Shown here: positions 52,935 to 64,000 of the stretch, piece after piece
Layout: every line of letters begins with the position of its first letter
How positions within the stretch are numbered: the first letter of the stretch is position 1
NCBI RefSeq assembly: GCF_009914755.1
Contig: NC_060934.1
Length of the DNA stretch: 64,000 nucleotides
Reading direction: 5' to 3' (one strand)
Origin: the human T2T-CHM13v2.0 reference genome, Homo sapiens
Position numbers and translations under genes: made by a program
Notes under the pieces: model-generated
Database searches by the model: none
Seen by the model: only the letters and a program-made list of their open reading frames with translations
What the model was told of the DNA's origin: nothing

Positions 52935-55900
52935 TGCACATTCTAGTTTAAATTCCACAATTGTTTAATTTTAGTTCCATATTTAAATAGATTAATCACC
53001 ACTAATCTTTTATCACAACTTTTCATATCTGGTTTTTAATTTTGATCATTTGTTGGGAACTGAATCCATTATCAGGTAGTTTTTGCAAGAAAGACTCAGA
53101 GTAATATATATGCAACATTTAGCATAATTCCAGGCAGTAATCATTGTTAAATGTTATTTAATAATATTAGAATAATATAATAATGATAATCTTTCATTTT
53201 TTGAGAATAGTTTCCTTATTCATCTGCTCTTTGTTTTTCTTTTTAAATTGAAGTTCCTTTGTTCCTCACAGAATAAAATCATTACCTCCTCTTTTTCTCT
53301 GAAGGTATATTTACAGAAGCATTTCTTTTCTCATCTGCCTTTTTATTTTGGTTTCTTTAGCTATGCAAAAACTTTAATTGTATATAATTAAATCTGATGA
53401 TCTATTCTTTGTGATTTTTTTCTATTACATACAAGAAATTTACATACTTGATATTCAATTTTACAGTCTTCTTTTTCTATAATTGGAATTTAATATCTTA
53501 ATTTGTAGCTCTGTAATACATTTAGAGTTTATTTAAAATATGATTTAAGGAGAAACTCAAAGTTATTATGTTTTCCAAATTTATAACCAACACAAAATGT
53601 TGGCAATTTCCTTCCTTTCTATATTTGTTGAATCTTAAATTTTAACACCCATACACCCACCCACCCACACATGCACACTGTCTGTCTCTTGGCTGGTTTT
53701 TGTTTTCTTTTTAGCTGCTTATTCGTCTATCTTGATCTTACACTTTTGTAATATAGGGCCTATTCCCTGCCCTGCAGCCCACATTGATCGTCTCATCTAG
53801 ATAGTTCTCTAAATCAGCTTATCCCAAGCTGTTTCTTGTGTTTCAGTGAAGTCCCTGCAACATATACTGCAAAAATCCTGCCCTATATCTTCAGCAAACT
53901 TAAGAGCAAAGCAAACTTCTACTTGCCATGTTTACCCCCAGAACCCTGGAAGTGGTTCTGCGTGTATGGCACTTGCCTCACTTTCCAAGGTTGGGAGACC
54001 AGTTGACCCCTCATTTATGCAAATTGATTTTCTCTTCTCCTCTGAGAACAATTTTTTACACCAGAGGTCTTAAGCATCTACAGATTGAATAGTGCTACAA
54101 AGGGGTTTCTTACACCGTTACACTGGCACAATGAATGTAAACTCTCCACACACTTGTCAAATTAAGAGGGCCACTTTGGGCAGGATCCGTAGGACAGACA
54201 TACTGTTTCTACTGTTACAGTGCTTTGTAGTTTGTTTTGTTAATTTATCTTTTTAATAATGTAGCTTCTCCCAACATATTGTAAGTTGAGGGAGGGCAGG
54301 AAACAGTGCTGAGCACAGAATCAATCACAAGGTTGAGGTTTAATTACTATTAGAGAATAATTAACTCTTAAGCCACCCTCTCCTTCAAACCAGTCTATTG
54401 AACAGCCAGGCAAATGAACAACCATCACACAATCAGGCAGGTGCAGTGACAAAATTGTCAAGGCGATCTCCCAAGTTGACATAAATCAGTTGTGTTTGTA
54501 TGCAATCGGGTTGTGTCAGTTATTGGATCTAGATTCTGTGGCAAATTCACACATAAATCAGACACAATTTCCTTCCTCAAGGAACTCAGAATCTCTGAGG
54601 ATAAATGACACATTAGCTTAAATATAATTTAAAGGGGAAAACTGATTAGTGCCACACAATCTGTGTATCAGGACAGAGAAGAAAGGAAGAGAAGAATCAT
54701 TTTTTTCCCATTAACCTTTGGAGATAAGAAACACCATAATTTTGGTCTTATTAAAGGCCGCCCCATGATTAATATTTCCATCTAAGAAGCAATTAAGGAA
54801 TTATTATCCAGGGAGATTGTGACAAAAGGAATTAAGCCATGCCAGCTCTGTTCAGGCAGAATGAGGCTTAGCTTTAAGTATTGAAAATAAAGTCTATTTA
54901 GATGAAAAGCTTACATTTTGTCTTTAACTTTTTGCTCAGGTGCTGTATAAGAACCACTGACTGGATGAGTAAAAAATTATCTAGAACTGCTCAGCAAATA
55001 CAATCTACAGTGCTAAATGGAATACATTATAATCATGGCATGATAATCAGAAGAATAATACTTTAACATATGTAGTAAGCTCCAAGGGGCAACAACTGTT
55101 TGAATCTGTTAAAGTACTAGCATTTTGAGATATAAAACTGTACATTTCCATGTTGTAGGAAGTACTTAATTATTTCCAACTGTTATTGAAATAGTGGGGA
55201 AATCATCTTGCCTCAGTACCGTAATCACAGTGTTCACAAGTGCATTTAATTATACACATTTCATCAGGAAATTTTGCAAACCCAGTTATTTTTTAAGGTG
55301 TTAAATGGGAAGGGTTTCTATAATGTGCGTAAAACAACTTAAAAAATACACAAGATATCACCTAAAAATAGGTATGTTTTCCATATCTATGGATTTATAG
55401 AGGAGTAGAAGAGGAAAAGACCCTCTCTTTTCTCAGGAGAAAATAGTGTGCCAGAGACCAGTTGTCTTGCCAAAAAACGTAGGGCCAAGAGCAAAACCTG
55501 TGTTTTATCTTCTGTGTAGTGCTTGGAATCCTATATGTTGCTGTCTTTGGCAGACCTTTTTCTGGAAGGAATGAGCTTTTTATCTACCCATTTGAGAGAC
55601 AGAGACACTGAGGTGTTGCATCGTGAAACAACATAGCTTAGCCATGTGGGTGGTGAGCCATGTGGGTGGCTGACCAGGATTAGAGTCGACTTGCTACGTG
55701 CTTAGTCGACTTGGTATGTTCTGCTGCCCCCTGCGTCGCACCTGGCTCAGAGCTGGGCTCCTCCAGCGACACCGTCCTCTGCAATAAGTTCAGGGTTTTC
55801 TAGCTGCTCCCTCTTCACACGGTTGAAGAGGTTGCAGCTCCTCCTGGAACCATTAAGGGCTATCAGGAAGAGGCCTGGAAGTTCCTGTGGATGAAGTTAG

Positions 55901-58214
55901 AGCAGTTTTATTACCAGAATCTGCTTCAAGTTAGCAAGCGTTTATCAAGCACTTGCTCTAGAAGCTGGAAAGAATGAATAAAACAAGAAGCTTTCTTCAA
56001 AGAGCTTATAGTCGTGGAGAGAGAGCGGCCAGAGGGAATAAACAGGAGAGGGTATTGTAAGTCCTTGGCGCTGGGAGGTGGTTTTGGAATGACAGGCGTC
56101 TCATTCCACATTGGAGTTGAAAAGTTTCTTTCCTCTGAATGTCTGAATTTCCATAGATCCCAGTGCAGTGACAGTCTACTCATTTCTTGAACCCACCAGC
56201 TTCAAAAGACTTGTCTATGCTAGTCATTTCTTTTAGCTCTTTTCAGAAATGTTCCACGTGATTAATGTTACATTAAAAAACCTCTGCTTTGGCTATGTTT
56301 TGCCATAGATTTCACACGGCTGAAACTGTCAGTAGGTCATGCTGCGTGATAAATTAGCCACTGTGGGGCCGTTGTCATATTTCCTCCCTACAATGTCATT
56401 GCTCAAAATTACACCTGAGATGGACAACAGAGCCCTGGGTACAGAGGATTCTCCCGATGTGATTCCCAGACCCTTGACAGGCAGCAGGTACCAGCGGAGC
56501 TCCTCATAGAAGACTGATTCTCTTCCTCAGCAACTGCTGACAGTGGATCTCTAAATCGCTGCAGGCTTACAGGTTTCTTTTCACCACTGTTTATGATGCC
56601 TGTTTCTCTTTTTCTAGGTGGTACACTTGAACACTGTGTGAAGACACTGCCTTCATCATTTCTTGGGAAGTCCTGAATTACCCCGAGGTGAGACATGGCA
56701 TTTGACTAAGTGAGCCACAGGCCCTCATCACCACCTCACGGGGGATGCGACTCCGCCGGGGAGGGTGTGAGTGTAGGGGGTCAAGACAGCCTTCCCCTGG
56801 GCTGGCCTGGGTGCTTACCGTGTCCACCTTTTATCGTGAATGCACTGAGTTTTCATCCCCTCCTGCTCATAGGACTTCTCCAAAGTGGGAACAACGCAAA
56901 CCACTCGGTTTCTGCTCAGGAAACTACAATCACTGCTGCTTCTCCTTGAGGCTGTACGCAGGGCACCTTGGGGAGAGTTTGGCGGTTTGCATATTCTCTG
57001 ATCAAATTTGCCTGGTTCGTTCCCACATGGCCTGTTATAGTGTGTGTGGTGGCTTAACCCGAAATGGCAACCTTATTTTTATATCTTCTGGTGTTAGAAG
57101 TCTGCATACCTTGAGAGGAATAGCAGCTGCTATTTCCTTTACATTTTCATGGCAATTGATAGGGAAGGCTGGAGGAGATCTGAAGCCAGCCTCTAATTCT
57201 TGCTCACCCAGGCAGGGGGAAAACCATCAGACAGGCGTGGCTGACTGAGCAGTGTTCCCTCAGGTCCAGTAGGACTTCTGTTTTCAGGTTATCCAAGTTG
57301 CAGTGTGTCATCCCTGTGGCTCTTGGCCTGTGGTGAGCACACTGATCTGGACCTTTGCTGCCTGTGGGTCTTTATGATTTACGGAAGATCCTCTGACTCT
57401 GTGTCATTTCACCCAGAGTTCATGTTCTTGCCCACGTTCCGGCTTTGGAGGGAGGCCCTTTCTGCTCACACACTCACTCATGAGCTGGCCTCACGACCAC
57501 TGCCTTGCTCCTTGGTGTGGCTCTGAACATGCCTGCTTTCTTTGTCCACCCACCAGCCAATTCTGCTGCTAGATTCTGGGGATAGTGCCTTCTTTACTCC
57601 ACAGGGTGATGGGGGAGATTCTCTCTCAGCAAGGGCAACTGTCTGATTAAGATGGGACTGAAAACAGACCTGTTTGAGCAGAACCCAGGCTTCCATGACA
57701 GTCCACGTGCCACCACCCCATGAAATATCAGTGAATGACTGCATCTGCTCCTTGGTGGAAGAAATCAGTATTATATTGGTTACTACTACTTGACCACTCT
57801 TGAGTGGGTTGCACATCAATAAGGTAGATGATTAGAATATGAATAATTGCTGGCATTTGGTTTTTGGCTAAATGGAAAAGCCCCATGTTGTCCCTAGATG
57901 GGCTGCCTCAGTGGGGAGTGGGCCTCCTCCATGCTGACCTGAATTGCACCTGTTGGAGATGCTGGAGGGGCAGCCATTACTCCCTTCCTGGTGGAGAAGG
58001 GGTAGACAGCCTTTGTCTTTCCTCAGTGGGTGCTGATGGTGGTCATTATCCGGCAGAGCACGACTGCCTCTTCGTTTCCGTGGATACTACTCTGGTCCAA
58101 ACCACCTCTGTTTCTGGGACTACTGCGTGGCCCTCTTCACTGATTTCTCTGTGCCTACCTGGCCTTGCATCTTTCTGTACATTTTCCACTCTGTAGCTGG
58201 CATTCTGTGAATAA

Positions 58215-59360
58215 GGCCACATCACTTAGAGTTCAGCAGCTTCCCACTGCACTGGGAATGAGGTGCAAACATCTTACTGTGGCCTACGGGGATTTATAAG
58301 ATCTGGCCCAGCTTACCTGCATCCTGGTCTCAAACCACCCTCCCCCTGTTCATGAGCACTGGCCCTTCCCTGTCTCAGGCCTTCAGCACTGGCAGCTCCC
58401 TCTGCATGGAGAGTTCTTCACGTGTTTAGGTCTGTCTCATTCTGCAGATTTGCTCAAATGTCCTTTCTTCAGATAAACCTTTCTTCTTCTAAATGCGAAT
58501 ATACTTTAGTCATTTTTGTTTATAGTGGAAACTCTGGAAATTCACAATTAACACCTTTGCCCAGGAGATCTTTGTAGACACCAGAAAAAGTTTCAACCTT
58601 GTGCCCCACGTGGTTCTGCTGTGCTTTGTCCTGATGAACTTTCCTGAGCTGAATGCTAGCCGGTTTCACACAGATTCTTTTGCTCCCAATTTCACTTGGG
58701 CAGACCAAGTCTTCAAGGATTGCATCATGTGTGGCTGTTAGGGTGCAGATCCTGGGATACTTTTGCTTATTTTTTGTATCATTTTTTTCAAGTCGGCATA
58801 GGCAGAGTTCTCCTCTGAGCAATAAATACAGCATGCTTCCCACCGAACTTTTTCTCCAATTCATGTACTATCTGGACTTGAATTTTCTGGAAAGATCTCA
58901 GCTGAGGAATGGGAACAATGATTATAATAAGCTTCCTGACCACCATCAACTTCAGGTTTCTTGACTGCTGTTATTTTCAGCTCCCTGAGCTGAGCCTTGA
59001 GATCCAAGTTCATCTTCAGCTCCAGAAGACCCTGGAGATGCTGGACTTGAACTTGTCTGGCTTCTCACCATTGGGCTTCATGATCTTGGTGCTTGAACTG
59101 AACATGGCCTTCTCCTTCCTAAATGCCAGCCTAGGAAGAGGCCCAAGTCTCACGAGAGCTGATAAATCAAATAAACCTTTCTTGACCATTATCTATAGCA
59201 TCCCTAACCTTACCTTGCCCTGGTACCCTCTGTAACATCACCCTTTATATGCTCATCAGAGCACTGATTTTCTGAAATTATCTTTGTCGTTGTTGTTGAT
59301 TAGACCATCAGAAAAACATACTATTGAATAGAGCTCCCTACAAAGCTCTAGGTGTGTGAA
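58215..59360 (+). mobile_element. L2 fragment split by the RPS7 retrocopy
   Basis: gcttcccactgcactgggaat...gctcaaatgtcctttcttcagataaacctttc resumes as aaacctttcttgaccattatcta. Confidence 0.75.
58486..59167 (-). pseudogene. RPS7P: Processed pseudogene of 40S ribosomal protein S7 (eS7); pseudogene number not determinable
   Basis: ATG at 59105 reads [17 protein letters not shown] and the C-terminus reads [14 protein letters not shown]...[27 protein letters not shown] (stop 58520-58522). Intronless with both UTRs. Frameshifts at about 59034, 58930 and 58780, and TGA at about 58789. TSD ataaacctttctt (58473-58485 / 59171-59183). Confidence 0.95.
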
Positions 59361-59419
59361 TATTTGGCCAAAACTTCTAGAGTCATTTCAAAGCCACACA
59401 TGGCCAGGAATATGACAAT

Positions 59420-59582
59420 GGAAAGAAGCTTGTCTAAAACATTGTTTCCATATATTTTGAGGTTTGGTTATCTCTTGCAGGCCAGAGTCTGTTTCCTCAT
59501 CTGTAGTCAGAACAGTAGGAAAGGAACCGAACATGCTTTTATGATCTTTTCTGCTCTGAATTTTGATGATTTTGACATATGA
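59420..59582 (+). mobile_element. MIR3-like SINE
   Basis: tctgtttcctcatctgtag...ctgctctgaattttgatga. Confidence 0.55.
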
Positions 59583-60699
59583 TCCACTGTCTTTCGGGGA
59601 TCCCTATCTTCTCAGATTCTAAAATGGGAATAATGGCACACAGATATTTATGACATTCCTATAGATGTGTATTTATGAGATGGCTGTATTGTATTAACTA
59701 ATCTTTAAATTTTTTTTTCTCAGTAGAATGGTTTCTCTGATTTAGTTTTACTTCTGAGTTAGTTTTTAGTCTGCAAGCAAACATTCACAGTTTTGTAAGA
59801 GTAAGAGACTTGTATGTGGGGAGCATGCACAGTGCATTCATGAGTTGCGAGCCAGGCCTTAAAGCGTGTGCGGCAGGGTTCCATCTGGTCACGTATGGAG
59901 AGGGAGCTGTCCTTCCCCTCTTGTCCTCTTGCAGGCCCAGACCTGTAGGGGCAGGAAGATAATTATCACCTCCTAGGATGCTTGGAATCTCCTCTCATCT
60001 TGGAAGGACTATCCTTGTGCTGGTCCTCAGAAAGAAAGAGACCCACACAGAGAATTATTTCCTTAGCTCTGAGCCTCTCTGTGTATACATGTGCCTGTCA
60101 CACTTGAACTTTGATCATGAGACTCATGCAGAATTCAATGTAGAGAGAAGTGCTGGCTGAGGAGGTGCCAAAGCCCCCCTACTTGGTGATGATAATGAAT
60201 GTGGGCAGCCACTCTGTGCTGAGTCACTGTGGGAGTCCAGTGGGCTTTGGCCAAGGCTGCTGCATGGAGCTGCCTCCCACCATTGCCTCCCACAGTTAGC
60301 AAGATCAGACTGTCCAGAGGGCAGCGGATGTCAGACATGAAAACACTCCTCTCTGCTGGGGCTGCCTCTCGTCCCACCAGGCAATCTGCTGAGAGGAGGT
60401 GGGCGGGGAAGGCCTAACCCATGCAGTCTGAACCCTGGGAGAGTGTGAGGGTGGTTACCTGACAAGATGGGAAATGTGCCATACTTTTCAGGACCAATTT
60501 AAGTCCCTTTCTCAGCTTGCTTGGAACCTCACACTTGTAGGGGCTGGTCCTGTGCTGTGCACTGTGCCTAGTGATCCACATTCTCTGTGTCATTTAGTCT
60601 TGACAGCATCATGTGAGGCAGGACTTTTTTTTTTCTAAAAAAGAAGGGGCTCTTGAATTTTAAAACACAGTTGGTACCTGGAAGCAAGATGTTTTACAG

Positions 60700-61198
60700 C
60701 AAAGTTTTCTTTGCTGTATAACAAACCATCTCAAAACTTAGTGACATAAAAACCACCATCATTTTATTATGCTCACAGATTCTGTGGGTTAGGAGTCTGG
60801 GGAGGGCACAGTGAGGATGTCTTGTCTCTGTGCCAACAAGAATTCCCATGACTGTAGGTGACTTGAGTGGGGGCTGATCCCTGAAGTGGGATGTTTGGAA
60901 AGCTGGGTTCAGCTTGGACTGTTGCCCAGAGCACCTACATGTGGCCTCTATATGCAAACGTGGGCTTATCCCCACATGGTGGGACCGTCAGGGACCAAGC
61001 ATCCTGAGGACCAAGGCAGGAGTTGCAAGGCCTCTCCTGACCTAGCAAACCACCAAGTTAGGAGTATCACCTTCCTTCTAACTCTATTGGTTAAGACAGT
61101 CACAAGTTGGTCCCATTTCAAACATAGGGGACACACAGACCCCATCTTTCAGTAGGATGAGTGTCAAAGAATTTATGGCAGTGTTTTAAAACGGCCAC
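60700..61198 (-). mobile_element. MLT1H/F-like (MaLR) LTR
   Basis: gctgtataacaaaccatctcaaaacttagtg...gctcacagattctgtggg...gagtgtcaaagaatttatggc. Confidence 0.8.
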
Positions 61199-62925
61199 TC
61201 AGGAATTGAATCCAGGTTCCCTGACCCTACAGCTATTGCTCTTCCCATTAGACACTATTGCCTGGATGTAGGAGGCAGTATGCTCTGGGGCAGAGGTCCG
61301 CAGGGAAATGGAGAATATGTATTTGACATGGCTGTATCACTCAGTCCCTGAGACTCTTTAAAAAAAAAAAAAACTCAGCATATAGTTGCATGGCTTGGGA
61401 GGCAGCTGCTGGAGTGGCAGCAGCCTGGGCAGCTTTGGATGACCTGTACACAGGTCTAGGTCTTCCTCTGCACCAAGGGGATAACCACAGCATCCCCTTG
61501 CTTACTGTAAGGATGCAGTGCCCAGGGGAGGTGAAAGCCTGAAGGACATTCCAGACTACTCTGCAGACAGGAGGGAGGTCTCTGTCTCTATGAGGAAGCC
61601 CTGTGCCCACTGTTCTCAGACACACTCGGGGCCAGTATTCCAAATCCTGCACATATCCCAGAAGCCTAACCAGGTCCCCCAGATGACAGGCTGTTCCATC
61701 CACACTATATTGATTCTATTACACATTGTTCATCTGCCAATTCATCACATCCTGGAAAGAATAATAAACTTGGAATCACAATGTCCTCCTAAAGTCTTGG
61801 TGCCATGAAATAATGGGTCCGTAACCATGGGCATATCACATAGCCTTCTACAGCCTCCGTTTTCCACAAAACAGTGATCAGTGTATCTGTTTCTCAGAAA
61901 AGTTATGAAGACTGAGTTTGTATGAGAAAGTGTTTTCCTGTCTGATAAGCATAATATATACTAGATGTTTTTATTATTGCCATTTCCGATAATACTTAGC
62001 AAGCAGAGTGTTGCACTCACAGCACGCGCTTAATAAATATGTACACTTTAGTCTTGATTTACTCCAGACCCCAGATGAAGTTCACGGTAGAAGGAGATTG
62101 GAACTGTTATCTTCTGTCCCACTTGGGGACATATGTCACAGAAGTCCTTTTATATGAATTGGCTGTGCTTTTTCTTACCCTGCCAAGCTGGAAGAGGGAT
62201 GGCAGGCTTTTGGAGCTGACATAACTACAGCATTGATTAAGAAAAAATAACTGACTGTCAATTTAATTAAATAGCTAGGGATATGCAGCCCCAGTCTCAG
62301 GCTATTTGCTTCAGGGCAAAACTAGCGTGGGAAGGGTGATCTGGGCCTGTGATCTGGTGGCTCCTCTTCCAGGAGATTTTGGAAGTTGAATAAATTTTCA
62401 CGACTACTCACTTCATCCATCAGAGACTCAATTAAATTAATCTATGAAATACATGGAAATAGTTCTTTCCACACCAAGCCTCTGCAAAAAGGTTGACTAG
62501 AGCAAACTCGCAAGTGACAAATCTTGGTGCAAGTCACATTTCTGAAAATTTTCAATCCACTCTATTTTTATTGTAATCAATGGATCTGTGTTTTAAACAG
62601 CAGGCATTTATTAGTTCCCCACTGTGTGCTCAGTAGCTGCGTTAGAAGCTATGTGGACTACAGAGTAGGAGAAGCTGTCCTTGCATTTATGACTTTTTTT
62701 GGTGTCTGTTCTGAGAAAATCTTTTAGTGTACAATACTGAATATTCATAAAAGGATTTTGTGCCAGACCAGACAGAGAGCCTGAGAGAAGCATCAGGGCT
62801 GGGCCAGGCCACTGGAGAAACAACACAGGCATCCGTGTTTGAGGTATATTTAGTTCTATTTCCTTCTAAATGGCTGTGCAATATGGGCAAGTTGTTTAAC
62901 CAGTATCAATTTGATTCTTATCTTT

Positions 62926-63287
62926 TGTACTAGTCAGTACTCATGCTGTTAAAAAAGACATACGTGAGACTGGGTAATTTATGAAGAAAAAGAGGTTTAA
63001 TGAACTCACAGGTCCACGATGCCTGGGGAAACCTCACAGTCATGTCAGAAGGCAAAGGAGGAGAAAGTCATGTCTTACATGGTGGCAGGCAAGAGAGTAG
63101 GTGCAGGGGAACTCCCCTTTATAAAACCATCAGATGTAACGAGACTTATTTCACTATCATGAGAACAGCATGGGAAAAACCCACCCCCGTGATTAAATTA
63201 CATCCCACTGGGTCCCTTCCACAACACGTGGGGATTATTACAATTCAAGGTGAGATTTGGGTGGGGACACAAAGCTAAACTATATCA
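62926..63287 (-). mobile_element. THE1B/C (MaLR) solo LTR inserted in a MIR
   Basis: gagactgggtaatttat...ggggaactcccctttataaaaccatcagat...gagatttgggtggggacac...tatca. TSD tcttt/ccttt. Confidence 0.92.
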
Positions 63288-63428
63288 CCTTTATAACAGG
63301 CCTTATACAGGACACTGTTGATAGAATCCAATGAGGTCTAGAGAGCAAGGCTTCGAACTCACCCAACTCAGTAAATACTTGTTAGTCTTGTGTATGGAAG
63401 GTCAGCGGGGATGGCATTGGATGGGTTC

Positions 63429-63723
63429 TTTTTTTTTTTCTGAGACAGAGTCTCGCTCTGTCGCCCAGGCTGGAGTGCAGTGGTGTGATCTCCGCTCACT
63501 GCAAGCTCCACCTCCCTGGGTTCACACCATTCTCCTGCCTCAGCCTCCCGAGTAGCTGGGACTACAGGCACCCACCACCATGCCCGGCTAATTTTTTGTA
63601 TTTTTAGTAGAGATGGGGTTTCACTGTGTTAGCCAGGATGGTCTCAATCTCCTGACCTTGTGATCTGCCTGCCTCAGCTTCCCAAAGTGCTGGGATTACA
63701 GGCGTGAGCCACCGTGCCCAGCC
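63429..63723 (-). mobile_element. AluY
   Basis: gcaagctcc, gttcacaccattc and gttagccaggatgg. TSD ttggatggg. Confidence 0.95.
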
Positions 63724-63741
63724 TTGGATGGGCTTTTGATG

Positions 63742-64000
63742 AACTATCTCTGCCTCAAGAACCACTCCCAAAACTTAGTGGTTTAAACAACAACCGTGAC
63801 TCTTGGGTTGACTGGGGCTCAGCAGGCCAGTGCCTTTTCACTTTGAAGATGGTGCTGGATACTTGTGCTGCTCCATGTGGCATCTGGACCTCTGGGGCTT
63901 CTCCACATTGGCCTCTTTCTCTATGCTAGACTTTTCACATGGTCAGCCTGGGGCTCCAAGAGAAAGAATTAGAAGTGGTCAGGCTTTCTCAGTGCCTGGG
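63742..64000 (-). mobile_element. MLT1 (I/K-like) LTR, cut by the window end
   Basis: ccactcccaaaacttagtggtttaaacaacaa...ggttgactggggctcagc. Confidence 0.65.

Noticed and set aside
55723-55741. Reverse CTCF-like motif gctgccccctgcgtc
   Set aside because: It lacks the conserved CC at the start of the core.
58520-58864. 114-aa ORF as a functional RPS7 variant
   Set aside because: Its N-terminal part is out-of-frame pseudogene sequence, and the copy has several disablements.

Overview
Primate (human-like) non-coding DNA dense in interspersed repeats: 14 Alus, many MIR/L2/L1 fragments, MaLR, ERV1, ERVL and ERVK solo LTRs, MER5, a half MADE1, and a near full-length Tigger1. I find no intact protein-coding gene, RNA gene or CRISPR array. 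The only gene-derived sequence is a disabled processed pseudogene of ribosomal protein RPS7 (- strand, 58486-59167), inserted into an L2 with a clear target-site duplication (TSD). Notable structure: a five-level nested transposon stack (17075-22890); two Alus 750 bp apart, each carrying a perfect hairpin that looks like a template-switch mutation; a four-monomer Alu with an LTR14A-like solo LTR in its tail; an 840-bp TG-rich complex repeat inside an MLT2 LTR; three same-strand CTCF-like motifs; and a few repeat-free, homeobox-motif-rich stretches that may be enhancers. I see no evidence of a new biological system. Repeat subfamily names come from my recall of consensus sequences, not from a database search. 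Boundaries of old elements are approximate.
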